A DNA stretch of 38,815 nt, from assembly GCA_022813865.1 (NCBI GenBank), contig JALDZX010000104.1, positions 1 to 38,815 of the forward strand, given 5' to 3'. The stretch's first letter is position 1. Every line of letters starts with the position of its first letter. The notes beneath the pieces are model-generated. The model had not been told where the DNA came from. It ran no database searches and worked only from the letters and a program-made list of their open reading frames with translations. Made by a program: the position numbers and the translations under genes. Positions 24,601-36,006 of this stretch are shown here, one piece after another. The stretch is from Xylographa opegraphella (Eukaryota).

Positions 24601-27334
24601 TTTATAATCTTTACGTTTAAAATATATATAAATCCTTGTTAAATTATTACAATATCGAATAAGTCGATATTAATATATTAATTTTTTTTTAAATTTTACA
24701 AATTTGTACCGGGGTTTAATTTTTTTTATTACAACAAAATCGCCGCAGCTATAATTAATTTAATAATAAAAAATACTCGTTTTTTTATGATAATTATAGC
24801 AGCGCTACTCGTATTCGAACAATTAAAAACGGTATTGTTAATAGCGTTTTAATTTAAATATTTATTTTCGAAAAAGAGACTTTTCGTATATTACAACGCA
24901 AGCGATTTCGTAATTACAAAAAAATATAAAAAAAATAAAAGAATATTTATGAATACCTCAATCGGGTTTTATTTAAGGAAATTAATCGTTTTTAAACTAA
25001 ATTATATTATAAGAGATAACGAACTTTTAGCCGTCGTTGCAGTTTTTAAAGTTTAGAAATATTATTTAAAAAACGCAAATATAAATAAATTATAATACAT
25101 ACCGATTATAACAATTTACGCACGTTGAATATTATAATAAATTTATTACGACGTTAAACGCGTTTAACAAAATACCTCGCCGATTTTATTTTCGTAAATT
25201 TATATATATTTAAAAAGTCGAATTTAATTAACGTATTTTTACGGCGCGCAGATTATTTATATAATTTTAAATTAAAAATGAGATTTATTATAATTAATTT
25301 GCGCAAATATTTTAATAAACCTTTTTAAAAAATTAACCTCGAATTAGCAATGATACAAAACGCCAAGAAGTATTTGATTGCGATATTTTGCGATATTTAA
25401 ATTAATTTTTCGTTTTAAATTAAATAATTATTATTAAAAAAATAATACGTTTCGTTTTATCATCGTAATATTAATAATATATTCAGATTTTATTATTCGC
25501 GACGGCTTATTATTCTTTAAAAAAAATTCTTACGCTACGAAATTACGTTTTAAAAAAGATATTATAATATTTTAATAGCGAAATATTTTAAAACGATTAA
25601 AACACTTTATTTTATTAACAGTTATTATTATTAACTCGTATCAAAAAAATGTATTCAAAAATTTATAAAATATACGATGTATGTTAAAAAATAAAAATAT
25701 TTTGTACGATATTAAACAAAAAATTATAATTTTTACCTATTTTTAATTATTTTAAAAATAGTATTTTTATTAATATAATCGTAGAATTTTTACGCTTTAT
25801 ATTCTTAATGAATAAAATTTATTAATTAAAATACAATTTCTTTATAATTATTATTAATAAATTAATAATAAGTTATTTATTTCGTATTATATTAAATTAA
25901 ACGCAGCCGAATTCAAAGATTAAATAATTTGAAAAAATTCAATATTATATAATATTATTTTTAATCGTAAGCGACAAAAAACGTTATTTATATTAAAATT
26001 TGAAAAAATTCTGGTCGAAGCCTTGAAAAACTAAAGTTAAATTATCGATTATATATTTTTTTAATTCAATAGTTAAATTAAAAAGTATAATGAAACTATA
26101 AAATAATACCTGCGTATTTTATTAATTAAAATTAAAACGATTAAACTAATAACTTGCTATTATTCGAATATACGTTATAATAATAATATTAATACATTTA
26201 TAACCTTTTCGCCCTTTTTCAAAAAAAATATTATTAACGATTATCAATAATAATAAACGTGAAAATTAACGACGTATTATTAAATACTATAATTTATACG
26301 AAAAACATGAAAAAAAATTAGCAAAAATTAAAATATACAATAAAAATAGTATAAAAAATTCAAGCAAAATATTATAATAAATATTATTCTTCGATCAAGT
26401 TTAAAAAAGTGATTTAATTTTTACAAAATACGAATATTCGAATAATATATTTATTAAAATAATTTAACGATCGATATTTCGAATTATTTTAAATTATCAA
26501 ACGTATCGTAAAATAAATTTATAAACTAAATTTATTTAATATATAAAAAATTTACAACGTTTTTTACGTAAAATTTCTTAAACTACGAAAAATAAATACG
26601 CGAGTTTTAATTTATTTTATTTTTATTAAAATAATAAATAAAAACAAATTATATAAAAAATTTATAATTAAAAAAAATATTATAGTTACAATATATAAAA
26701 TACAGATTTAAATTTATTTATAAATAATAAAGCTAGAAAAATACAATTATCGAATTAATAAAAATTATCGAATAAAACTACCAATGCTAATTAATTTCTT
26801 TTAAAAGAAATACCCTTTCGCGCTAGGCTTATGATTTAAAAAATAATTATTTAATCGTATTTCGCTTTAATAAATTTACATTTCGTTTATATTTACATTT
26901 TACTAATAAATACACGTTATATTTATATTATATTTATTATTTTACGTTACGTTCGTATTACGCCCGCTATTTTACATTTTATTTATACTCGCGAAATTTA
27001 CATGGTATTTATATTCGCGTTATTTTACATTTCGTTTATATTTACCTTATACGATCTCGCTTGTATAAAAGTTTTTTTAAGGTCAAAAATTATAAAAAAA
27101 AGGGAGAATACTGTAAAATATAAAGTTTAAAATAGCGTTCGATCTGCCGGCCTGTCTACCTGTTTATATTTTAAACGTGATCTTTAACTACTCGCATCCT
27201 GGGCGTGGCTTCCCATTTAGAAAGCTCAATATATATATATAAACAGAATCTGCGATTTTAAATTTCTCTCTTTAGTTTCAGCTTGATAAATTAAATACGC
27301 TTTGTATCTCGAGCCCAAAACCTTGCATTTCACA
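21608..27334 (+). mobile_element. Family B Ty3/Gypsy LTR retrotransposon, structurally complete but RIP-inactivated
   Basis: LTRs 21608-21828 and 27112-27334. Reconstructed 14-bp terminal inverted repeat tgtgaaatgcaagg…ccttgcatttcaca. TSD gtcat (21603-21607) / gttat (27335-27339). PPT aaaaaaaagggagaatac precedes 27112. De-RIPed motifs in Gypsy order: RLCLDYRxLNxITIKNKY (~24234), TTFRTRYxxFEY (~24390), DASDF (~24895), ELLAVVAxFKxW (~25020), TDHxNL (~25100), integrase H…H…CDVC (~25560-25690). Confidence 0.92.
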
Positions 27335-30300
27335 GTTATTAAATAACGTAAAATTTGTCGTAAAATTATTAAAATTTTCGAAATCGAAATAATTTAAAAT
27401 AAATTAAAAAATTAATAATAATACTATTAACTGGCGTTGTTATTTTAAATGTTTTTTTTTCGATCACCTACGAATATAAACTTATAAACGAAATTATAAT
27501 TGATAATAATATATTAATTATTATATTTTTAAAACTTACTGCGATAAAGTATTTTAATTTTTAAACTAATAAAGGAAATACTGCGAACGTGTTTAAATTC
27601 GAATAAATAATTAAAAAAGTACTACAAACTTGAATAAGTCAAAATATATTTAATAAAATAATAAAATAGTAATATTATTAATAAAGCCTTCGATAAATTG
27701 TATATTGAAAAAATGGAATTAATGAAATTTATTATATTATTTAATTATTTCTATTTTATAATTTAAAAAAATAAAATATATAAAATAAAATAAAATAATC
27801 GTCAATATTGGAAGTTTCAATAAAATTATTATATTAAATATTTATTTAATTCTTTTTAAGCGAAATTACTCGTAATTATTAATAATACTATATAAATTAT
27901 TATTTTTAACGTATATTTAGTTTTTTATTATTAATTAATAAAGAACGTATATCAATATTATTTAACAATTTTGAGCTATAAAAATCAAAAGACCTTTAAT
28001 ATAGCGATAATAAAATATCGAAAATCTTCAATATATCTATAGCAAATGATTAATAAAATTTTAAAATTTTATCGCAAGTTTACGAGAGCCTACGTTCGTA
28101 ATATTGTAAATATTTTATTTTTTTTAAAAACAGTATTTATAATATTTTAACGAAATTTTTGGTTTTTTACGTAATAAAAAAATTTATTTAATAAGTTTTT
28201 TCTGGGATATTTTTTAACAATTTTGTTTAATTAATATATTAACGTTTTAAAATTAACGATCGTAAAGAAAAAGTTTGTAACGATATTATAATTAATATTT
28301 CCGCGATTATTAAAATAGCTTAAATATTATTTAAAATTAATAAATTGTTTCTAATAATATATTTATTACGTAATAATTGTTCGATTGTTATAATTTTAAA
28401 AAATAAGTTTCAATAAATTTATATAAAAAAGTATCGCAAAGGCCGTTGAAAAAATTTATAAAAATTTCTTTAATATATTATAAATTGTAGTATTAATATT
28501 TAGAGAATTAACAGCGTTCTTTTAAATTTAAAAATTATTTTTAAAATCGTCGATATTAATATATTTTATAATTAAATAATAACTATATATTAATATAAAT
28601 TTATTATATAAAACTGAATACGGCGTTTACGTATATTATATTATTAAATTAGTAATTAATATATAAGTTCTTGAAAATAAAAAACGATTTAATGAATTTT
28701 ATTTTTATTTAAAAAATTTATTAAATTTAAAATATAAATATTAATTAACGAATTTTAAAATTTTCGATTTAATATAAATGGTTAAAAAATTGCAATATAT
28801 AATAAAATTTGAAGAATTATTAAGAATTATATTTCATTAATGATTTAATAACGTATTAAATATTTAAATAAACAAAACTTTAATACTATATTTATTAAAA
28901 AATAAAAAATAAAATAGTATAATTTTCAAAATATTTTTAACGATTTAAATTCAACGTATAATATAAATTTAGCGAATTTAATATTATATTAAACGTGTTT
29001 TTTAAACTTCTACGTTTTTAAATAATTAACGAAAAAAAATCTTATTTTAATAAATAAATTTAACTCGATTTAATATTTAAAAAAGCGATAATTTTTATTT
29101 ATATAATTAAATTCGTGTCGGTACATTCAATATTTAAAATATAAATAAGCGATAATTTTAAAAAAAATCAATGAATTTTTTTACAGAATTCGCGATGAAT
29201 ACCCGTTAATAAAATAATTAATAATTTTAATAATTTTAAAAATTTAAATATTTTAACCCTTTATCGTATAATTAAAGGTTTAATTTATTTTAACGACGTC
29301 GAATAGGGTTTTCGCTTTCATATTTTTAAATTCGTTAATAATAGTTTGAATTATTAAGAATACGATTATACGTGGTAAAAATTAATCGAAAATTTATATA
29401 TTTCTATATAGTTAAAAAGTTATACGTATATATTCGATATTATTATTAATATTAATTTTATTAAATACCTCGATATAAATTCTATAATTAATTACAATTA
29501 ATTTTAATTTTTAAGGCCTTTTTATATAATAATTATTAATTTTATATTAATTTTAATAAAGTTATTTCTAGATAAATATCACTGCGCGATAATAATAATT
29601 TTTAAGTTTAATAAAGTTATTATAATTCTTTCTAGAAAAATAACTATTAATAATAAAATGTAAATTATAATTAAATAAAATCAATCATATTTACTATACT
29701 AAAAAATATTTAAAATTATTCCTTTCAATAAAAATCGAAAATTTATAAAATAATTATAAAAAGGAATTCTCCAACCTTTAAGATAAATTTATTTTATTAT
29801 TTATAAACGAACGAGCAGTTCGAACGTTGAAATTAAATCGTAGAAATGATTCTATAATATATAACGATATTAAAGAGTATATTTTACTAGCCTAATATTT
29901 TATTACGATTTAATTATATATTTTATAATTTTATTAATTTTATATTTATTATATAAAATTTTTATAAATCTAAAATCAAGGAATTACTGAATTTTTTAAA
30001 AATCGAAAATATAAAATTTATAAAAATCGAAAATATAAAATCGGCTAATTTATTTATATTTGCGTATTTAATTTAATAATATTCATAACTTACGTATCGC
30101 GAACGTCGATAAATATCGATTTATTTATATTAATAAAAAAACGCAATTGTATTTATATTTATAAAAATTAAAATCTACGACGATTTAAAATATAAATCGA
30201 TTTTCTTTAAAAAATATATAATAAATTTAAAATTATACCAAAAATAAAATGTATTAAGCATCGAATAACAAAAAATCTATTAAAAATTTATTAAATTATT

Positions 30301-30771
30301 AAAAACTCTTAACCGCATTGATCGTTTAATATATAAATTAAAAATTTTAAAAAATATAAAAATATGTTCGATAACTTTGATCGTTTATTTAAAATCGATA
30401 ATATTTTTTTAACAAAATTTATATAATAAAACAAAAATTAATTAATAATTATTCGTCATAATAAAAAGATAATCAAAATATAAAATCGATTGATTTTTAA
30501 AACGACGAAAAATAAAAATAATGTATATATTTAATAAAGTATTTTATACGCTAAGTAAAATACAAATCGAAATATAATATTAATAAAAAATTCGATTAAT
30601 TTTTAAACATTTTTAATTCTATGGTTATATATTATAAAGTTACTTTAATAGTTTAATTAGTTTTATTCGATTAATTATCAATTCAAAAATAATATACAAT
30701 AAAATACTGTATGAGCTGTAGTATTATTTAAACAACCGGGATTTGTTCAGAATATTGCGAATAAAGGTAAC

Positions 30772-30837
30772 AAAACCGTTGCAAATCCGTTGTAAAATCG
30801 TTGCAAAACCGTAATAAAACGATAATAAAACGATTAT
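30772..30837. repeat. 11-bp tandem repeat (aaaaccgttgc-like) x6, progressively degenerate
   Basis: aaaaccgttgc aaatccgttgt aaaatcgttgc aaaaccgtaat aaaacgataat aaaacgattat. Confidence 0.85.
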
Positions 30838-31948
30838 AATACGAATAAAATATTACGATTTTATTTCGATCTTTATTCGATTTTTTCAAATTTTCAAATT
30901 TTTAAAACTTGTATAATATAATATTACTTAATATTCAATTTTTTATCGATATAAAAATATAAATTACGAATTATAAATTTAATAGTTTCTAAAAAAATAA
31001 TTATTATTTTAATATTAATATTTTTATATTTTTGAAGTATCGTTAAAATTTTTCAAATCCCCTTTTTAGGGTATTTTATTAATTTATATATTTTTTTAAC
31101 ATATTATGTATCATAGCTTAATCGTAAGGCGTTTTATTTATATATATAAATTAAATATCGACTGAGAATTTCGCGGGTAAATAATCTTTAAATTTTTTAA
31201 ATTTTTTTTAAAATTGATAGCAAAACGAATATACGCGAGGCGTTTAAAAAGCGTTTAAAAAACGTATAAAAATATACAGCAAAGGTTTAACGAAATTAAT
31301 TTTATTTTAATTGCAAATTGCAGATTTTTATATATAATAGAAAATTTAAAATAAAAATTTATAAACTCGAGTTCTTAAAAAATACCCTTGAAAAGGGCCC
31401 TCGAGGCCAGTATAATTATTTAAAAATAATTTATTTTAAAGAATAAACGAAGGTTCTGCAATTTTTTTTTCCAAATTTTCTAGTGATAATAAAACACAGA
31501 ATATATTTGGGGCTTCGCCTTGAATATTTTCTCATCTTTAATAAAATTAATTTTACATTTTCAATATTCAACAATCACGTTTCTTATGTATTCGTATTAT
31601 ACTGATTAATCATTTGTATTATGACATATTATTATATAATTTAATATATTGTAACACATCGACTGTGGTGGATTTGGGGCGCGTTTTTCTACAGCTTTTG
31701 GGTTTTTCTTCCTTCTTCATGCATTCACATACAGCGATAGAGTAGCAGGGCTTTTACAGCAATAGATTGATTTACTTATTTTCACTCTCTGTCCGACGAA
31801 TAGTGACCCTATTCAGTAAAAACTTGACCAAGCTGCGACCCGATCCGAACCCTTTTGCCTACTCAACTAGGCTGCTGCGGACTTCCTACGAATTCCTTTA
31901 CACGACTATCACTCAAACGGTAAGAGATTCAATTAGTAGTGAATATTA

Positions 31949-33268
31949 TTAACACGCATCTCTAACGACCATCGAACTACCGCTCATTTCGCCGAGATCA
32001 AGCTTCAACGTTCTCTCGAAGAGTTCCAACAACATTTCGAAGCAAATCTTTGCTATTGCGGGATCGTACCGCCCTTTACTCAACTCATCACGAATGAAAG
32101 CGTCTAAAGGTTCGAACATATGTTAACGATGTGATAGGTAATTGCTTCATATAACACAAGCGGTTATACGAAGCGGTTTCTTATTTCCGGGACGAAAGAC
32201 CTACGCTGTGCCCATGCAACCTCGTACCAAGAAAAGACGACTCCCGCTTCATGTAGCGTCTTGCGGATTAGATCACGACCTGCTGGCGGTACATGATTAT
32301 CTTCTGGAATCAAACGTTAGAGTACATCACAGTCAGTAATGAATGATCAAGCAGGTACTCACTTTTCCCGAATATCTACATTTCAATCCGTCGTGTAATC
32401 AGTCATGACTTCCTTGTCCCCTGGTGTGATTGCATCATTCCAGTTGATCGCGAGCGGCCCGTATACGTACCATCACCAACTCCCCCCTTATATCTGCCAC
32501 TCTCTCCAGACTATCATCCTTCATGCCCTGTCCGAGACTGTGACTGTGAATATCGGTGGCGAAGTAGCAGACGGTGGCAGTAACTCTCCTGTCCAGGGCA
32601 CACCGGTAAGCCAGGTGGCCTCCCAAACACATACCCGTTGCGCCGATGTAACCATTACATGTAGAGAGGTTGAGCAGCATGGAGACGGAGAGGGTAGCAT
32701 CTTCATCATAAGCAGCGAGTGTCTGCAACAGCACCCCAATTCAGCATGCGCCCGAATAGTTACCCAGAACAGCCACAACTACAGCATAGCGGATTCAAAG
32801 CACATAGGTATGATAGTCTTCACCTTTTTAACCTTCCAGTGATTTCCTGCATCAGTACCCGGTCCGTCATAAGCTAATGGCTCAGGGCCTGTGAATTCAT
32901 GATAAGATGAGGGGGCGGCCACAATATAACCATGTCCAGCAATTTGGCGACAGAATCTGGCGACAGGACCAGTCACTGTAGGTAATCTTGCACATTAGCA
33001 GAGGTGCTAGAAGAATGGATGGTTCATCCGGAACACCATGTCCCCAGGAATCAAGTGTTCCGACCTTGATATATTTCACTGAAGACAACGACGCCGGGAA
33101 AACGCGCTTTGGGATAGTTCGGGATCGTAGGATGGAATATGAAAATGCCTGTAGAGGATCAATTTCGAGCACTGCATCTCTTTAGAGCCGCTCTGTGGCC
33201 GTCATACGCATTGAGCCATTGTCGGCGGCTTTCGTGGGAACATCTTCGAAGGTTTCCTCAATCAGCAT
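31949..33268 (-). CDS. Dienelactone hydrolase (carboxymethylenebutenolidase) family alpha/beta hydrolase, 271 aa; exons 33268-33208, 33148-33065, 32975-32824, 32722-32471, 32375-32363, 32303-32205, 32103-31949
   Basis: Six GT-AG introns give a continuous 816-nt frame: MLIEETFEDVPTK…FPGVVVFSEIYQVTGPVARF…GATGMCLGGHLAY…IFGKKDNHVP…AWAQHAFIRDELSKGRYDP…RDAC*. It has the GxCxGG nucleophile motif plus Asp and His of the DLH catalytic triad. Confidence 0.93.
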
Positions 33269-33632
33269 TTTGCAAGATTGTTGTGAAATGTGTACAGAGG
33301 ACCATTCCCAAGTCTAGTGGGGTCTCGCTAGGTGCTCGGGACCGACGACAACAGAGCCACACCACCGATCCGAAATCCTTAAACTGAACACAATCGAAGT
33401 TGATCGCAAAGCGCACTGAATGGGGACGTTTTGGTGATGTTTCTGGTAGTTGGTAATGTAATTAGACTATCCTTTCGCTGGAAATCTGTTCAACACATCA
33501 AACGAGAATAATATGAGGCATTGACGACATCTGCAGAAATCGACCTCAGGCAGGAAGAAAACCCCCGAGCGTTCACAAAAATGTTGATTGCATGCGCCCA
33601 GATGCTATTATGCTACAGTACGATTAAACTAT

Positions 33633-35455
33633 CTAAAATACATACTGCTTCACATTAGCACAATTAGCAGGGCAGGTCGGAGGGCCTATACTCACAGGTA
33701 TGAACAGATACGGAACGCGTCTCGTATACTCCTGCCATGCATCCCCATACTTGAGCTCACATTTCTCGATATCTCGGATAGCTCGGTGGACGATCATCAC
33801 GCTAAAGAACACCGGATAGAACCAGGGGAATGGGCTTCGGAACCCAGTGATCAGAGCCCAGCTTACGGCGAAAAACAAATCACAGGTGTAGTGAATCTTG
33901 CGCGCATACGTGTCTGGCGTTGCTTAGTACTCCTATATTGATATATTGAAGAACGGAATACGTACACCACCCGTCCACAAATAGAGAATCGTCGGTGTTG
34001 GTCTTGATAATCTTTGGATTCTTGATATGTCGCCACGGTAGTTGAGGAAATGTGTTTCTGAACTTCAAGGTGCCACGCTCTTCGTGTCTGAATTGGTTCT
34101 TCTGACTGTTGGCGGTATCCCATACCCAATAAACAAAAAGATAAGATATGAAAAATACCGCCAAAGCTGGGCGACTCCAATGATAGATGGACGGAGCATT
34201 GTTTGCTAGGTATATCGAACAGTGGCAGTAACTGAGTGGAACTCCTGCCAGGTTCCAGAAGGTGAGCATAAAACCAAGCTTTTCATAGTACATGTCCCTA
34301 GTGACGGCATCAGCACGCAGAGTGTTGTTCATGTCGAAGAACATACCACGTTGTGACGATCAATTCCTCGCCTTTGGAGCACGCGTTGGCATACAGAAAA
34401 TGCGCCATCACTAAGAAGGCAATCTCTCCCGATATCCAGCCGAATTGCTCATATTGCCTCGCAGCAGCACCACATGAAATCAGAAATAGAATGTACCATG
34501 GAATTCTGACCTCGAAGAACATTTTGAAATCGAGAAGTCCTAGGATTCTCGGATTGAGTTCGGCACCCATGAAAAAGTCGTAGACCGGGTAGCCGGTCAT
34601 TCGATGTTCCGCACCACGATATATTGCCGAGACGTACTCTATGATAGAGAGTACATAACCGGAAATAATGGCCACGGACATGAGAGGGCCGAATTCATCG
34701 ATTAGGGTATAGAGTTTGAACAGGCCAGAGAGGTGCAAGACACCCATAACGACAATCGTAACATAAAACGACCACAGGGCTGAGCAATAGTAATCTAACT
34801 GTTTGCCGCCTTCGTGTGGCAGCGGTTTTCCTTTGGTCATAACACCCGGTAAGTAGAGATAACACCCGACTTCGAAGATGAAGAAGGTCCAGTAGATAGC
34901 CACGGCCTTCGGGCTTGGAAAGGCGCCCTCGTACACAAGATGTCCTGTATGCCCAAGAAACTCCTTCCAGTTTTCATCTGCAGCGGGCCATGGTGGATAT
35001 CCGTCATAGTAGGACGCCCCAAGCCACATGTAGTACATGAGTGCTGGGAAGCCGATCATGATAAGACCCACCCCCCACGAACCCCCAAACTCGAATTGTC
35101 CGCTGTCATCCTTCTTGGGGTCATTGGAACCATTTCTGCCGTCTGCTGACTGCTGGTTTTTCATGTACCCATTACTAGTCACCTGCGGTGCCTGTACCTG
35201 CACCCCGAGATCGTTTTGCGGAATTTTGGATGGGTCAATGGCGACCACTGGGTTCCCCGGCTTAGAATCCGGCATCGCATTGGCACTCCTGCGCTTGCGC
35301 CCGGGTGTTTCCACAAACCCCGGATGCTCGGTCTTCCTGAAGGCCAATTAGCATTAGAATATATCCAATGAGACCTAGTGCGGAGTGTGCAAACCGAGGG
35401 TGATAAGATCTACCTACCTCGGAGTAATGCCTCTCTGGCTCCTGGTCAAGGTCAT
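33633..35455 (-). CDS. ERG4: Delta(24(24(1)))-sterol reductase (ERG4/ERG24 family, ERG4 type), 529 aa; exons 35455-35418, 35336-34347, 34297-33966, 33913-33696, 33644-33633
   Basis: Four GT-AG introns give a 1590-nt frame. Motifs [77 protein letters not shown]…VPYLFIPYVF. Multiple hydrophobic TM segments. Confidence 0.95.
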
Positions 35456-36006
35456 GTTACTGGGTGGGAATCAAGCTCACACTTCCTCAGGAAGGCACTA
35501 TGGTAGTTAGTCAGGCTAAACATACCATCACGAACGCGTTGCGGCGACGAGCAGCGTTCACAACGAATGATTGAACATTAGGTATTGCAAGCAAAATTCT
35601 TACGGACGCGCTTGTTTGCGTCAACTTGAGCCGCGGAATTATAGCCGAGATGACTTCATTCGCCGCTGGGCGGCTCGGCGGGAGCAATGGCGTGCGGGAA
35701 GCTCACCACTCCGTATCCGACACGTACCTTACCTTACTCAACGCCACAAACCTTTCTTTGCGCATAAAGTAACATTGTAAAGAGTTCATTTCGTTACGGT
35801 AATCTGAATTGCATTTACCATGGCGAAGAACTGATACTGGGATCCAGGATTGAGCACCTATACGGTCAAAGATTTCACATCTGAAGCAACAGCAGATGCG
35901 CAGGTCGGTTAGTGCCGCACGGTATCAATCACAATGACGCTATACAACTATACAAGGTGAAGCTCGAAGCCGGGAGCGACCATTCTCGAGGGGTGACCCT
36001 GATACT

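Larger units (their letters stand above)
19857..30734 (+). mobile_element. Putative Ty1/Copia (GalEa-like) LTR retrotransposon relic, interrupted by element B
   Basis: Weakly matching ~190-bp direct repeats at ~19857-20051 and ~30552-30734 (aaaatac…aatcgaaa; t(c)tatggt; ends ttattcaaca / ttatttaaaca). RNase H-end-like remnants (D.KS…; RL..d…L; …TK) lie at ~30260-30415, just before the 3' repeat, i.e. Copia domain order. Highly degenerate; TSD not resolved. Confidence 0.42.
1..31650. other. AT-rich, RIP-degenerated transposon block (heterochromatin-like isochore)
   Basis: Very low GC and no credible ORF in >31 kb. Repeat copies differ mainly by C/T and G/A transitions. Degenerate retroelement motifs occur throughout, with an abrupt change to balanced GC at ~31.65-31.75 kb. 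Confidence 0.93.

Noticed and set aside
26680..26765. Chromodomain at the end of element B pol
   Set aside because: A KWxGW…E-like remnant is suggestive but too degenerate to call without an HMM search of a de-RIPed consensus.
11642..30837. CRISPR-like arrays among the short repeats
   Set aside because: The repeats are head-to-tail with no unique spacers, there are no cas genes, and the context is eukaryotic.
1..31650. Mitochondrial/NUMT or AT-rich bacterial DNA, or an alternative genetic code
   Set aside because: Stops are mainly TAA in all frames, no organellar genes or RNAs are recognisable, and LTR/TSD structure and a transition bias explain the region.
32824..32832. Alternative upstream donor GTTAAA 9 nt before the chosen GTGAAG donor in the DLH gene
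   Set aside because: It is in frame and possible, but the downstream donor better fits the recalled family spacing. It cannot be resolved without RNA data.
35456..36006. Sterol-regulatory (SREBP/Upc2-type) element in the ERG4 promoter
   Set aside because: Only partial matches (e.g. ATCACGAAC), no better than chance.
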